Of a stretch of DNA of 64,000 nucleotides, positions 28,807 through 38,400 are shown piece after piece. The position numbers and the translations under genes are program-made. The notes beneath the pieces are model-generated. The model was given only the letters and a program-made list of their open reading frames with translations. It was not told the origin of the DNA and did not search any database. The stretch lies in the IMG/VR virus record IMGVR_UViG_651703002_000001, positions 1-64,000 of that record, one strand, 5' to 3'. How positions within the stretch are numbered: the stretch's first letter is position 1; each line of letters starts with the position of its first letter. The stretch comes from a virus. Lineage: Duplodnaviria > Caudoviricetes.

Positions 28807-30644
28807 AGATGTTTTACTCTACGAATCGACTCATTATGTTTACCGTCATTAAATGGTCTTACATCCAATGCTCCGATATACCCACATACTCTACGCCTTA
28901 CGTGTAGCTTTTTCTGATCGCGATTTCCACAAGAAGGACACTCATAACCTTTACTTGTAGGGACGGTTTCCCCATTATAGCCACATACTAAGCATTTATC
29001 AACTGGGATATTTGAACCATAGTACGGGGTTGTTTTGTAAGCATAATCCCACACATCTTCAAGGGCTTTAAGATTATTCTTTACATCTGGGAATTCCCCG
29101 TAAGAAATAAATCCACCCGTACTATATTTTATAAACTGTCTTTCAAAATCGATCTTCTCGTATGGGTCACAATTATACTCTACATCTAGATGGAAACTAT
29201 TCTGATAATAACCCTTTTCATGTACGGAATTATTATATAGTTTACTATCTATATTACAGAACCTCTCACACAGGGATTCAGAAGGAGTTGCATAGAGAGA
29301 GAATGAAAATCCGGTGTCTTCTGTCCACACATCAACAATCGATTTCATCTTTCTTAATACCGCAAGAGCAAATTCTTGTTTTTCTGTATTTTCGAATATG
29401 TGAGATTCATCATTAAATTTTATAATCTGACATACTTCATGTAATCCAATATATCCACAAGAAACACTAGCTCGACCATTCTCAAACAATTGCATAATCT
29501 CATCATCTGCGTTTAAACGTGCCATAGCGCCATGCATGTATAGGATAGGTGCAACTGATGCCTTTATTCCTCGGAACCGCTCTATGCGCTGCATAAGTCC
29601 ATTCCTGACGATCTCCATTCGTTCTGTTAGCAAAGCCATAAATTTCTGCTTATCACCACCACAATCTAGTGCAATTCTAGGAAGATTCAGAGTAATCACA
29701 CCCAAGTTTTGACGACCATCGTGGATCTCTTCACCATGTTCATTTTCCCATCGACCCAAGAATGAACGACAACCCATGGGGGATTTATAAGAACCTGTGA
29801 CCTTTACCACTTGATCGTAACTCATAATATCCGGATATATACGCTTAGACGAACACTCAAGAGCAAGTTGTTTTATATCGTAATGAGGATCCCAAGGATT
29901 CAGATTAAGACCGTCTTTAAGAGTGAATACAAGTTTAGGAAATACAGCAGTTTCTTTATCTTCACCAAGTCCATCAATACGGACTCTCAAGATCATTTCC
30001 TGAACTAGTTTAGCCTCTGGACTAGAACCAATACCAAACGTAACGGTTGTGAATGGAGTCTGACCTTGACCGGTAGTTAATGAGTTCAATTGATACTCAA
30101 GCGTTTGGATAGAATCATAAACCATTTTACGGATTTTAATATTCGCATACGATTCAACGTCCGGAATTTTAAAATACCTAGCTTCTGAAACTAATTTGTC
30201 ATAACTCATCTTAACATATGGAGCCAGAACAACATCAAGATCGCCTACAGTGGTTCCACCATACTGATGATTTGATACATTGATAAGAATTTGGGAAATA
30301 ATATTAGATGCAGTTTGTACGTTTGTTGGTTGTGTAATATGAGCTGATGACATGACAAACCCATTTTTTAACATATCAGAGACATTAACCAAACAGCAAT
30401 TGGTCATAGGTAGCAGGGGACTATATCCAAGATCATGAAAATGGATAATACCTGAATAGTGGGCTGAAAGAATATCTTCGGAAATAAATTTACCGGCAAA
30501 CTCTTTAGATATAGCAGACGCGAGCATATCACGCTTTGTAGGAATTACTTTAGAATCTTTATTGGCATTTTCTTTAGATAGGGAATCGTTTTTATCATCT
30601 ACGATATCACAAACTTCATTATAAAGATGTGTATTACTTACCAT
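28803..30644 (-). CDS. nrdD: Anaerobic ribonucleoside-triphosphate reductase NrdD
   Basis: NCCL, MGCRSFL, YATPSESLC, CxxC..CxxC, RRVCGYI glycyl-radical loop. Confidence 0.97.
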   Translation of the reverse strand: MVSNTHLYNEVCDIVDDKNDSLSKENANKDSKVIPTKRDMLASAISKEFAGKFISEDILSAHYSGIIHFHDLGYSPLLPMTNCCLVNVSDMLKNGFVMSSAHITQPTNVQTASNIISQILINVSNHQYGGTTVGDLDVVLAPYVKMSYDKLVSEARYFKIPDVESYANIKIRKMVYDSIQTLEYQLNSLTTGQGQTPFTTVTFGIGSSPEAKLVQEMILRVRIDGLGEDKETAVFPKLVFTLKDGLNLNPWDPHYDIKQLALECSSKRIYPDIMSYDQVVKVTGSYKSPMGCRSFLGRWENEHGEEIHDGRQNLGVITLNLPRIALDCGGDKQKFMALLTERMEIVRNGLMQRIERFRGIKASVAPILYMHGAMARLNADDEIMQLFENGRASVSCGYIGLHEVCQIIKFNDESHIFENTEKQEFALAVLRKMKSIVDVWTEDTGFSFSLYATPSESLCERFCNIDSKLYNNSVHEKGYYQNSFHLDVEYNCDPYEKIDFERQFIKYSTGGFISYGEFPDVKNNLKALEDVWDYAYKTTPYYGSNIPVDKCLVCGYNGETVPTSKGYECPSCGNRDQKKLHVRRRVCGYIGALDVRPFNDGKHNESIRRVKHL

Positions 30645-30695
30645 TTCAACTTCTCCAAATAAATAAAGGAACCCGTAGGTTCCTTCATGATAAAA

Positions 30696-31826
30696 TTAAA
30701 TATCCAATTTACTAAGGATTTCGGTTGTTAGATCCGCTTCAATAGCACCAGTAAGGTAGGAATCAACCTCAACCTCTTGGGGTGCAACCTGAACAGAATC
30801 AGAATTCAACCACTTAGTTACCCATGGAAGCGGGTTTTTGCGCTTGGCGTAAGAACTGGGAAGACCTGCGGATCTCATACGGTTATCTGCCAGATATTCG
30901 ATGTAGTTGCATAGAACATCTCGATTAAGACCGTTGAGTGACTTATCACCCATTAGGTATTCTGCCCATTCTTTTTCTTGAGCAACAACTTCTTCAAAAA
31001 TACTTACGGCTTTACCTTCAAGACGCTTGGCGATTTCTACCATTTCCGGATCGTCTTTTCCAGTTTGCCACCGACTAATTATAGTCTGAGTTGCTTTAAG
31101 ATGCAAGTTTTCATCCCGAGCAATGAACTTCATTATTTTTGCACTACCTTCCATAGTTCCAGAAAATTCTGGGAAAGAGAAGTTGCAAATAAAACTAACA
31201 TAGAAACGAATAGCTTCCAGAGCATTTATTGTATGTACACACAGATAAAGAGACTCTTTAAGTTTAGTTAATTGGGAATTTAGAACAGATTCATCAAGAT
31301 TCAAAAATTTCATCGCTGAAAGTTTGTCAGATTCTAGAAGAACTGCATCGTAATATTTAGTGATCGCCTCCGCCCGTTTCATAATTTCGGGAGTTAGCAT
31401 AACCTGATCAAAAACTTCTGTAGGGTTTGGATATACAGCCCGTACCATATGTGTATATGAATCAGAGTGAATAGTACCTTCAACCATAGTCCATGCAGTA
31501 ATGAAGTTTTCTAGGGTTACATCACTAACATGGGGCAGCAAAACCAAATTAGGTCCCCGACCTTGGATTGAATCAAGAAGAGATTGAACAAACAGGTTTT
31601 GAGTATATACATGTTTTGCATGATCACTCAATTGATGAAATTGAATTGAATCCTTACTCATATCAATTTCAGTTGGACGCCAAAAGAATGACAATTGACG
31701 ATCCATCAGATCATAGAAAACCCGAGTTTTCATTGTATCAAATCGTTGTACGTTTGGTTCTTCACCAAAGAACATGTGTTGGTTTGTATGATCAACTATA
31801 TTGGTATTAAAAACGGTAGAACTCAT
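30696..31826 (-). CDS. nrdB: Aerobic RNR class Ia beta subunit NrdB
   Basis: FFWRP, DSIQGR, IHSDSY, EAIRFYVSF, RDENLH, VAPQE; uninterrupted. Confidence 0.97.
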   Translation of the reverse strand: MSSTVFNTNIVDHTNQHMFFGEEPNVQRFDTMKTRVFYDLMDRQLSFFWRPTEIDMSKDSIQFHQLSDHAKHVYTQNLFVQSLLDSIQGRGPNLVLLPHVSDVTLENFITAWTMVEGTIHSDSYTHMVRAVYPNPTEVFDQVMLTPEIMKRAEAITKYYDAVLLESDKLSAMKFLNLDESVLNSQLTKLKESLYLCVHTINALEAIRFYVSFICNFSFPEFSGTMEGSAKIMKFIARDENLHLKATQTIISRWQTGKDDPEMVEIAKRLEGKAVSIFEEVVAQEKEWAEYLMGDKSLNGLNRDVLCNYIEYLADNRMRSAGLPSSYAKRKNPLPWVTKWLNSDSVQVAPQEVEVDSYLTGAIEADLTTEILSKLDI

Positions 31827-31880
31827 TTGGTATAGATTCCTTTAATGCATGAGAATGGGGGATTTTACTCCCCCGTTTAT

Positions 31881-34136
31881 TTATACAGAACAGCCTGCGC
31901 AATCTGCTTCTTTAACCATTTCGATATCAGACTCATTACCATCCCGGGTATTGTGATAATACATCGCCTTCAATCCATATTTCTGAGCAAATACAAGGTC
32001 CTTTAGCATTACACTAACCGGAACTTTGCCAGATTTATAACTTTGAGGAATGTAGCTAGTGTTTACACTGATTCCTTGATCAAAGAATTTCTGAATTACT
32101 GCACATATTGAAAGATAACCAGTCATTCCGTTTTCACGTACCATAGCCCAAAGAGTTTGATATTCATCACTTAGGATATCAACATCAGGAACTAGCTGGT
32201 TAAACGCACCATCTTTTGACGCTTTGGTTGACAGTAGAGCACGAACCGGCTCAACGCCATTAGTTGCATTCAGAAGCTGTGAGCTGCTTTCTGACGGCAT
32301 CTGAGCGGTCAGGGTATCATTACGAAGACCATACTTAAGAATCTCGGTACGAAGCCATTCCCAGTCCTGTTTAAGAACGTTAGGGGTCAACAGATCCACA
32401 TTCTTATTATACCAATCGATAGGCAACAGACCTTTAGACCATTTGGTACGATCATGCCACTCACTCGCACCACGTTCTTTAGCTAGTTCCATAGACGCTC
32501 TAATGTGGGAGAATTGGATAGCTTCAAAATGTTCGTGTACTAGGGCCAACGCTTCCGGACTATTATAATTGACGAAGTTTTTAGCCAAGAAATAAGCTAG
32601 GTTAACAACACCAATACCAAGAGAGCGGCGTTTCTTTGCTTTCTCTGCGGCTTTAACAGGATAATCCTGATAATCCAACAGGTTATCTAGTGCCCGTACA
32701 ATAATACGACTAAGGCGAATATAATCAGAAGTGGTTTTAATCTTACCCAAGTTTATTGCACTCAGAGTACACAGTGCGATTTCTTCATCCTTATCAGCCA
32801 TCGGATTATGTCGGGAAGATTTAATCTCAACACAAAGATTCGTCATTTTAATTGGTTCGATATATGGAGTTTGCTTATTTACGTTATCAACAAACATTGC
32901 ATAAATTCGACCAGTCCCAGCCCGTTCGGTCAACATAGTGGTAAACAAATCGGCGGCTTTAATTCGCTTCTTACGGATAACATGATTCATTTCAAGCTTT
33001 TTATAACGCTCTATAAACTTGGAACTATCCGAATCATAAAAATCTTTATAAAGAAGACCATTATCTATATCCGGACTAAACAGTGTGATATAACCATCTT
33101 CTTTAAGTCTTTCAATAAAGAACTTGTTAATATGTACTGTATAATCAATATTACGAATACGGGTTTCTTCAGTACCTTTATTATTTTTCAATACCAGAAG
33201 CTTTTCAACTTCCAAATGCCACATAGGATAGTTAATATTACCACTACCACCACGAACACCACCTTGGCTACAGCTCTTAACACCGGTAGTAAAATGTTTC
33301 CAGAATGGAATGACCCCAGTGTGGGAAACTTCCCCCGAGCGGATACGAGATCCTTCAGCACGAATAGCACCACCATTAATACCAATACCGGCACGGCGGG
33401 AAATATATTTCATTATCGCTTTTGATGTTTCTCCGATAGATTCAAGAGAGTCACCGGATTCAATTTTAACGCATGAGCTAAATTGACGAGTTGGAGTTCT
33501 TACACCAGAAAGAATTGGTGTCGGTAGAGAAATTTCAAAATTACTAGCGGCATTATAAAAATCGATAACATATTCCAAACGTTTGGAAACGTCTTCTTCT
33601 TGATGAAGACACATAGCTTGTAACATATATGCAAACTGTGGAGTTTCATAAATTGTACCGTTAGAACGGTCTTTTACAAGATATTTTTCTTTATACTGCA
33701 TAGCACCAGCATAAGTGAAATTCATATCTCGGGTGTGATCGATAATACCTTGTAGAATTTCATATTCTTTTTCAGAATATTTATATATCAGATCTCGATC
33801 ATAATGACCACTAGCAACCAAACCTTTAACATGATCATAAATATGTGGGGGGTCGAACTGATTGTATACTTTCTTACGCAAAGCGTACATAGTCAAACGA
33901 CCAGCAACATATTGATAATCCGGCTCATCTACCGATATAAGGTCAACAGCGGCTTTGATAACCAATTTCTGGATATCCTTAGTGCTCATACCTTCCATAA
34001 TAGCGGGTTTTGCTGCTTCAAGAATTGTGTGTGGATCTGCCTCTAACCCTTGACAGGCAAAGTCAACAACTTTGAAAATTTTATCGAATGAAAATTCTTC
34101 GGTTATACCGGACGACTTCAAAACGGTGTTAATCAT
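31881..34136 (-). CDS. nrdA: Aerobic RNR class Ia alpha subunit NrdA
   Basis: ATP cone, TRQFSSC, NLCVEI, ALCTL, YY, C-terminal CAGC. Confidence 0.97.
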   Translation of the reverse strand: MINTVLKSSGITEEFSFDKIFKVVDFACQGLEADPHTILEAAKPAIMEGMSTKDIQKLVIKAAVDLISVDEPDYQYVAGRLTMYALRKKVYNQFDPPHIYDHVKGLVASGHYDRDLIYKYSEKEYEILQGIIDHTRDMNFTYAGAMQYKEKYLVKDRSNGTIYETPQFAYMLQAMCLHQEEDVSKRLEYVIDFYNAASNFEISLPTPILSGVRTPTRQFSSCVKIESGDSLESIGETSKAIMKYISRRAGIGINGGAIRAEGSRIRSGEVSHTGVIPFWKHFTTGVKSCSQGGVRGGSGNINYPMWHLEVEKLLVLKNNKGTEETRIRNIDYTVHINKFFIERLKEDGYITLFSPDIDNGLLYKDFYDSDSSKFIERYKKLEMNHVIRKKRIKAADLFTTMLTERAGTGRIYAMFVDNVNKQTPYIEPIKMTNLCVEIKSSRHNPMADKDEEIALCTLSAINLGKIKTTSDYIRLSRIIVRALDNLLDYQDYPVKAAEKAKKRRSLGIGVVNLAYFLAKNFVNYNSPEALALVHEHFEAIQFSHIRASMELAKERGASEWHDRTKWSKGLLPIDWYNKNVDLLTPNVLKQDWEWLRTEILKYGLRNDTLTAQMPSESSSQLLNATNGVEPVRALLSTKASKDGAFNQLVPDVDILSDEYQTLWAMVRENGMTGYLSICAVIQKFFDQGISVNTSYIPQSYKSGKVPVSVMLKDLVFAQKYGLKAMYYHNTRDGNESDIEMVKEADCAGCSV

Positions 34137-34168
34137 TACTTATTATTTCCTTTATTTTCCTTTCGTTC

Positions 34169-34179
34169 ATTATAACACA
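34169..34179 (-). promoter_or_regulatory. Extended -10 promoter TGTGT-TATAAT for the nrd cluster
   Basis: Perfect motif upstream of nrdA. Confidence 0.6.
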
Positions 34180-34182
34180 GAA

Positions 34183-34209
34183 CCTAAATACCTATATACA
34201 TTATAAATA
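34183..34209 (+). promoter_or_regulatory. Tandem late promoters (CCTAAATA and TATAAATA) for the endonuclease
   Basis: CCTAAATA 34183-34190 and TATAAATA 34202-34209 upstream of GAGGA RBS. Confidence 0.6.
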
Positions 34210-34223
34210 TTGAGGATATTAAA

Positions 34224-35120
34224 ATGATCAATTATGGACACTGGGTAACAGATTGTAAATTTGACCCAAGAGAAGTTTTGGGATTTGTTTACATGATCAC
34301 ATTTAGCAACGGTAAAAAATACATCGGAGCTAAACGAGTATGGAAAAACTTAAAGAGGCCCCCAGCCACATACAAACGACAAGGTAAAACCGAATTCATA
34401 GAATCCGATTGGAGATCTTATCGTAGTAGCAGTAACGAGGTTGTCGAACTTGAAACCCAAGGCATTCAGATTACAGAAATGCGGATTCTGGCACAATACG
34501 ACACATGGGGAAAAGTCCTTCTCTTGGAATGTATGCTTCAATTCTCTTTAAACGCATTGACCTCTGATGTATACCTTAACAAGCAGATTGAAGGTATGTT
34601 TACGGCTTCATGCTTTGATAAAGCGGTATATGACGATGTAGCACGATTAGTTGCTATCGAGCAATACGATGAATCGGTCGCACAGGTGATCGTTTACAGA
34701 GGTGGAGATAGAAGCGTTATATGCGACAAACCCACCGCTAAGGAATATATCAGAGCGGGATGGTCGGTTGCATCTCTACCTAACACGTATCAAAGAGAAA
34801 GTCATCCTATGACACCTTACACAATCAAGTGTAAGGAATCTGGAAAAGAGTATACCATTACAGATTTCAAAAAACAATATGAAATTGCAAATGAAATTGA
34901 ATGTCCTGCTGGGGATTTGAGTCGTCTTCGTTCTGGTGAGATTTTGAACATCGGAACCTATACCATGAAAGATCAACGAGAACCCCAGAAGTGGGTTAAA
35001 GATGGTGTATGTTACTATAATGCAGCCGAAATGAAAGCCGCAAAGGTTGATAAATCTGAATGCGAACACTTCCCAGCCGAAGACAGGGAAGCATATCGGA
35101 TCCGGTTATCCCTTCTATGA
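34224..35120 (+). CDS. Free-standing GIY-YIG (Seg-like) homing endonuclease
   Basis: GFVY...KYIG, ESDWRSY, YLN catalytic-domain pattern; C-terminal NUMOD1/HTH-like segment; divergent from nrdA. Confidence 0.75.
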   Translation: MINYGHWVTDCKFDPREVLGFVYMITFSNGKKYIGAKRVWKNLKRPPATYKRQGKTEFIESDWRSYRSSSNEVVELETQGIQITEMRILAQYDTWGKVLLLECMLQFSLNALTSDVYLNKQIEGMFTASCFDKAVYDDVARLVAIEQYDESVAQVIVYRGGDRSVICDKPTAKEYIRAGWSVASLPNTYQRESHPMTPYTIKCKESGKEYTITDFKKQYEIANEIECPAGDLSRLRSGEILNIGTYTMKDQREPQKWVKDGVCYYNAAEMKAAKVDKSECEHFPAEDREAYRIRLSLL

Positions 35121-35231
35121 TAGAAGGAAATACGCAGCAAAAACCCACTCAAACCAAACGGTAATAAGTTGTGGGTGTACCTTCATAAAGAAGGGTACTA
35201 GAGGTATAGTGATTTTAAATTGTTTTTGCAT
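35115..35231 (-). CDS. Putative 38-aa hydrophobic peptide
   Basis: MQKQFKITIPLVPFFMKVHPQLITVWFEWVFAAYFLLS; AAGG RBS; T4-type early promoter upstream. Confidence 0.45.
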   Translation of the reverse strand: MQKQFKITIPLVPFFMKVHPQLITVWFEWVFAAYFLLS

Positions 35232-35261
35232 TTTAATTTACCTTGTATATGATTTAAAATG

Positions 35262-35291
35262 ATCATACACCAACTCACGGAAGATGTAAAC
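35262..35291 (-). promoter_or_regulatory. T4-type early promoter GTTTACA-N17-TATGAT
   Basis: Matches the T4 early -35 GTTTAC(A) with a 17-bp spacer. Confidence 0.6.
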
Positions 35292-35300
35292 TAAAATCTT

Positions 35301-35408
35301 TCGAACGTAGTGAGACGGCGCAGCCGGTTCGTTTCACTCACATTTCTAATTATAAAGTTTCTATTAATATATTATAGAACTCTATAATTTGATTGCACTT
35401 GAAACTAT
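35301..35408. repeat. Copy 1 of ~110-bp hairpin/palindrome element (inverted repeat of 59265-59376)
   Basis: 39-bp stretch identical to the reverse complement of copy 2, with flanks nearly identical. Confidence 0.9.
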
Positions 35409-35419
35409 CCTACAGACAC

Positions 35420-35452
35420 AAAGAGCCTATCCCGAAATGGATAGGCTCTTTT
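35420..35452. terminator. Terminator after gene 35
   Basis: AAAGAGCCTATCC-CGAAAT-GGATAGGCTCTTTT. Confidence 0.8.
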
Positions 35453-35456
35453 ATTT

Positions 35457-38400
35457 TTAGTAGATTGCAGGTTTCCATATAGGAGACGTTATATTTAGAC
35501 CAACACCAATCGGTCTGAATGATATCACCTTATAACTGGTAGGTTTCATCCAATCTTCAAGCTCTTGAGATTTTTGAACAACATAATTTCCGTTACCTTT
35601 TGAAGCAAATACCTTCAATGGAACTTTACCCATAAAAACTACCTCAATTTCAGTAAATGGAGTAACGTTACCTTCAAACTCTATAATAACTCCGTTTGAA
35701 GGAAGTCCCTCTACTATCTTAGTTAATTTATAATTATGGATATAAAAGTCGTCTTTTAATCTTCCGTTACTTGCTACATCACCATAAGAACCATCCCATC
35801 CAATTATACCAGACGGTAATGTGGTTGTTCTGATCTTCTTATTATAAACTAGTGTGTTCTGTATTGTAGCGTCTATTGGTTGTACAAATCCAGTTTTAAC
35901 TAATTCATATCTTCTGGAATCATCTCTGGTAAGTGATGTTTCTGTTAATTCTACGGTATCTAATTGTCCCGTGAAGTTAACACCACATCGATCCGATAAG
36001 CTCCCATAAATGTGAGTGTAGTTTGTACTCGTTCTTGCTTTATTAGCTGTAATTATTACGTTTGGATATACATAATCTACAACAATATCAAATGGAGATC
36101 CTAATGCAATTCCGTGAGTCAAATTAAGATTAACCCTTTGGGTGTTTGCATTCCTAATGTTAAAGTTTAATGTAGTATTAGTCACTGTTAATTTAATAGC
36201 ATTCGCAACATCCGAGCAATTTAATAATTCCCCAGCAGAAAAGCTTTTTCCAGTAAATCTAATTCTGTATGCTTTCTCATTAGGGATCCAACTAGGAAGA
36301 ATATCCATATATTTTCCTGATATATTCGGAACCCATGCGCTCATGTTATTACCTATCATTTGCGGTTCGTAAAACTCATCAAAGAAGTAACTTTCGGATT
36401 GAACATTACTACCTATTCCATCTGTATTGGTTACATATACAACCATACTTCTCAGAATTACAGTATCCCCAATTCGCGCATTCGGAACACAAATATAAAC
36501 TCCAGAATCATAGTTGGTCGCGGTATGATCTGATATCAATATACCTTTATATCTTCCGGCTCCCAATGATTTCATAGTATCGCCAACACCAACAGACGTA
36601 CCATAAACATCTTTCAACAATACAGGCTTTGTAGATTCTATATCATATTCTATTCTAAATTTTCCCCGAGAAGGTAAATTTAAATGGTATGACATTCCAC
36701 CCTCAGAAACATCCTTAGTAAATCTGAAACTATTATTACTTAGAATGGTTATTGGATTATTTATAGAATCGCTCATTTTCCATTTACGGACGTCTACAAA
36801 ACTATATACTTTGCTTGACTGACCATTTAAGTCAACCATACCAGTTGAGTAAGAGTTTAATCTAGATTCATATATGTTCTTATATTGTCTTAGGTCTTTA
36901 TCCGCAGATATTGAAATATCCCATATTTTACCTCTCAGTATATTAACACCGTTATATCTTGCACCGATTCTTCTAACTACGGAATTTAGGTCCATTTCAA
37001 TAACTAAGCTATATGGAATACCGTTTTCTATTACAACCACGTCACCAGATGCCGAAGTTGGAGACTTTCCATTAATAGACACGATTTTATAGTTTGCCGA
37101 AGTGTTTATAGTGTTATTGGATTTTATATATACCCACCCACCTTGCAACTCTTGGGTATTACTGCTTCTACCCTCGATTATATACCCAGTAGTTGATTGA
37201 TATTGAATAAACTTTAAAGTTATATATCCTTTATTATTGATAGAATATACCGGGGGAATATCAACCCAAGAACTTCCATCAAAATTAAAAGAAAAGTTTC
37301 TATTCTTAACCCAGTCAATATTACTTGGTTTTGTTCCGTGCAATACCGGATCAGTTATACAGTCAACATCAAATTCTAGCTGGGCCATGCTTCCCGCAGT
37401 TATCCAATTATCAGCACCAGCTTTAAATGCGGTTAGATGCCAAGTATTTAAAAATCCTGCGTTTGTATTTTTAAATGCAGTAACTTCGTATCTATGATTC
37501 ATTTTTACGTTGGGATGTAAAGTTGCACCATTGTTTTTAACTATAGTGACAAACGCCTTAGCACCTTCTTTCATTCCAGCGGGTATTAAATTCGAACCAG
37601 TACCACAATATAGCCACCCAGAACCACCATTAGGAACTATGTTACTTCCAGAATAACTCATATTCCCACCGGGGCTAGTTCCCTTAACGAAATCAAGTTT
37701 TTCAGATGAACTATAATTGTAATATCTTGAGTTATTCGGATCACTCATATCTTGGTAATCTGAGGATATTACATATCCGTCCATTTCATTACCAACCAAT
37801 ATTGATTCTAATGTCCTAATTCTGGTTGCTGTAATTGTTGTAGTTCCTACTAAAACGTCATCAACATAAAAATCAACGTTAGTGTTATCAACAACCATTT
37901 TATATAGGTATTCTTTATTACAAGAAACATTTGCCTCTTTGAATATAGTTATACCATTAAAAATCAATAGGTGACCCATACCGTTCGTATATTTCTCAGA
38001 CGTACTGCCAATGAAAAATGTATCATCGGTGCCTGAACCATTACGAATTCCAGAAACATCTGTATTTGAATATACAACAGAAGTTAAATATGTAAATTTC
38101 AGACCCAATATAAGAGTTGGTAGAGTTATATATTTTCCAGACCCATAAGTGAAATGAGGAAAACTAACCGGTTCCCAATTACCATATTCAAAAGAAGTTA
38201 CGTTTTTCTCTAAAAAACTTCCAACTATATTACCGGATGTTTCTTTAGCGTCTTCTGTAATAAATCCCCATCGACCAAAGGATCCTTTCCCCGGCTTTGA
38301 TATATTTGGTTTTTTCCTATAAACAGAAATACATCTAGTACCAAATGTTCCTTGATATGAAGATTTTATAGGCCATGCGGTTGCGTATATTCTCATATTA

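Noticed and set aside
32808-33425. 205-aa ORF antisense to nrdA, and other antisense ORFs over uvsX, 44, 45 and 32
   Set aside because: Fully overlap conserved genes on the opposite strand; no independent signals.
28803-34136. Group I introns or inteins in nrdD, nrdB or nrdA
   Set aside because: All three ORFs are continuous and of normal length.
35351-35386. Resemblance of the palindrome to FRT or protelomerase sites
   Set aside because: Similarity is loose, the arms are bulged, and no tyrosine recombinase or protelomerase is in the window; kept only as a general recombination hypothesis.
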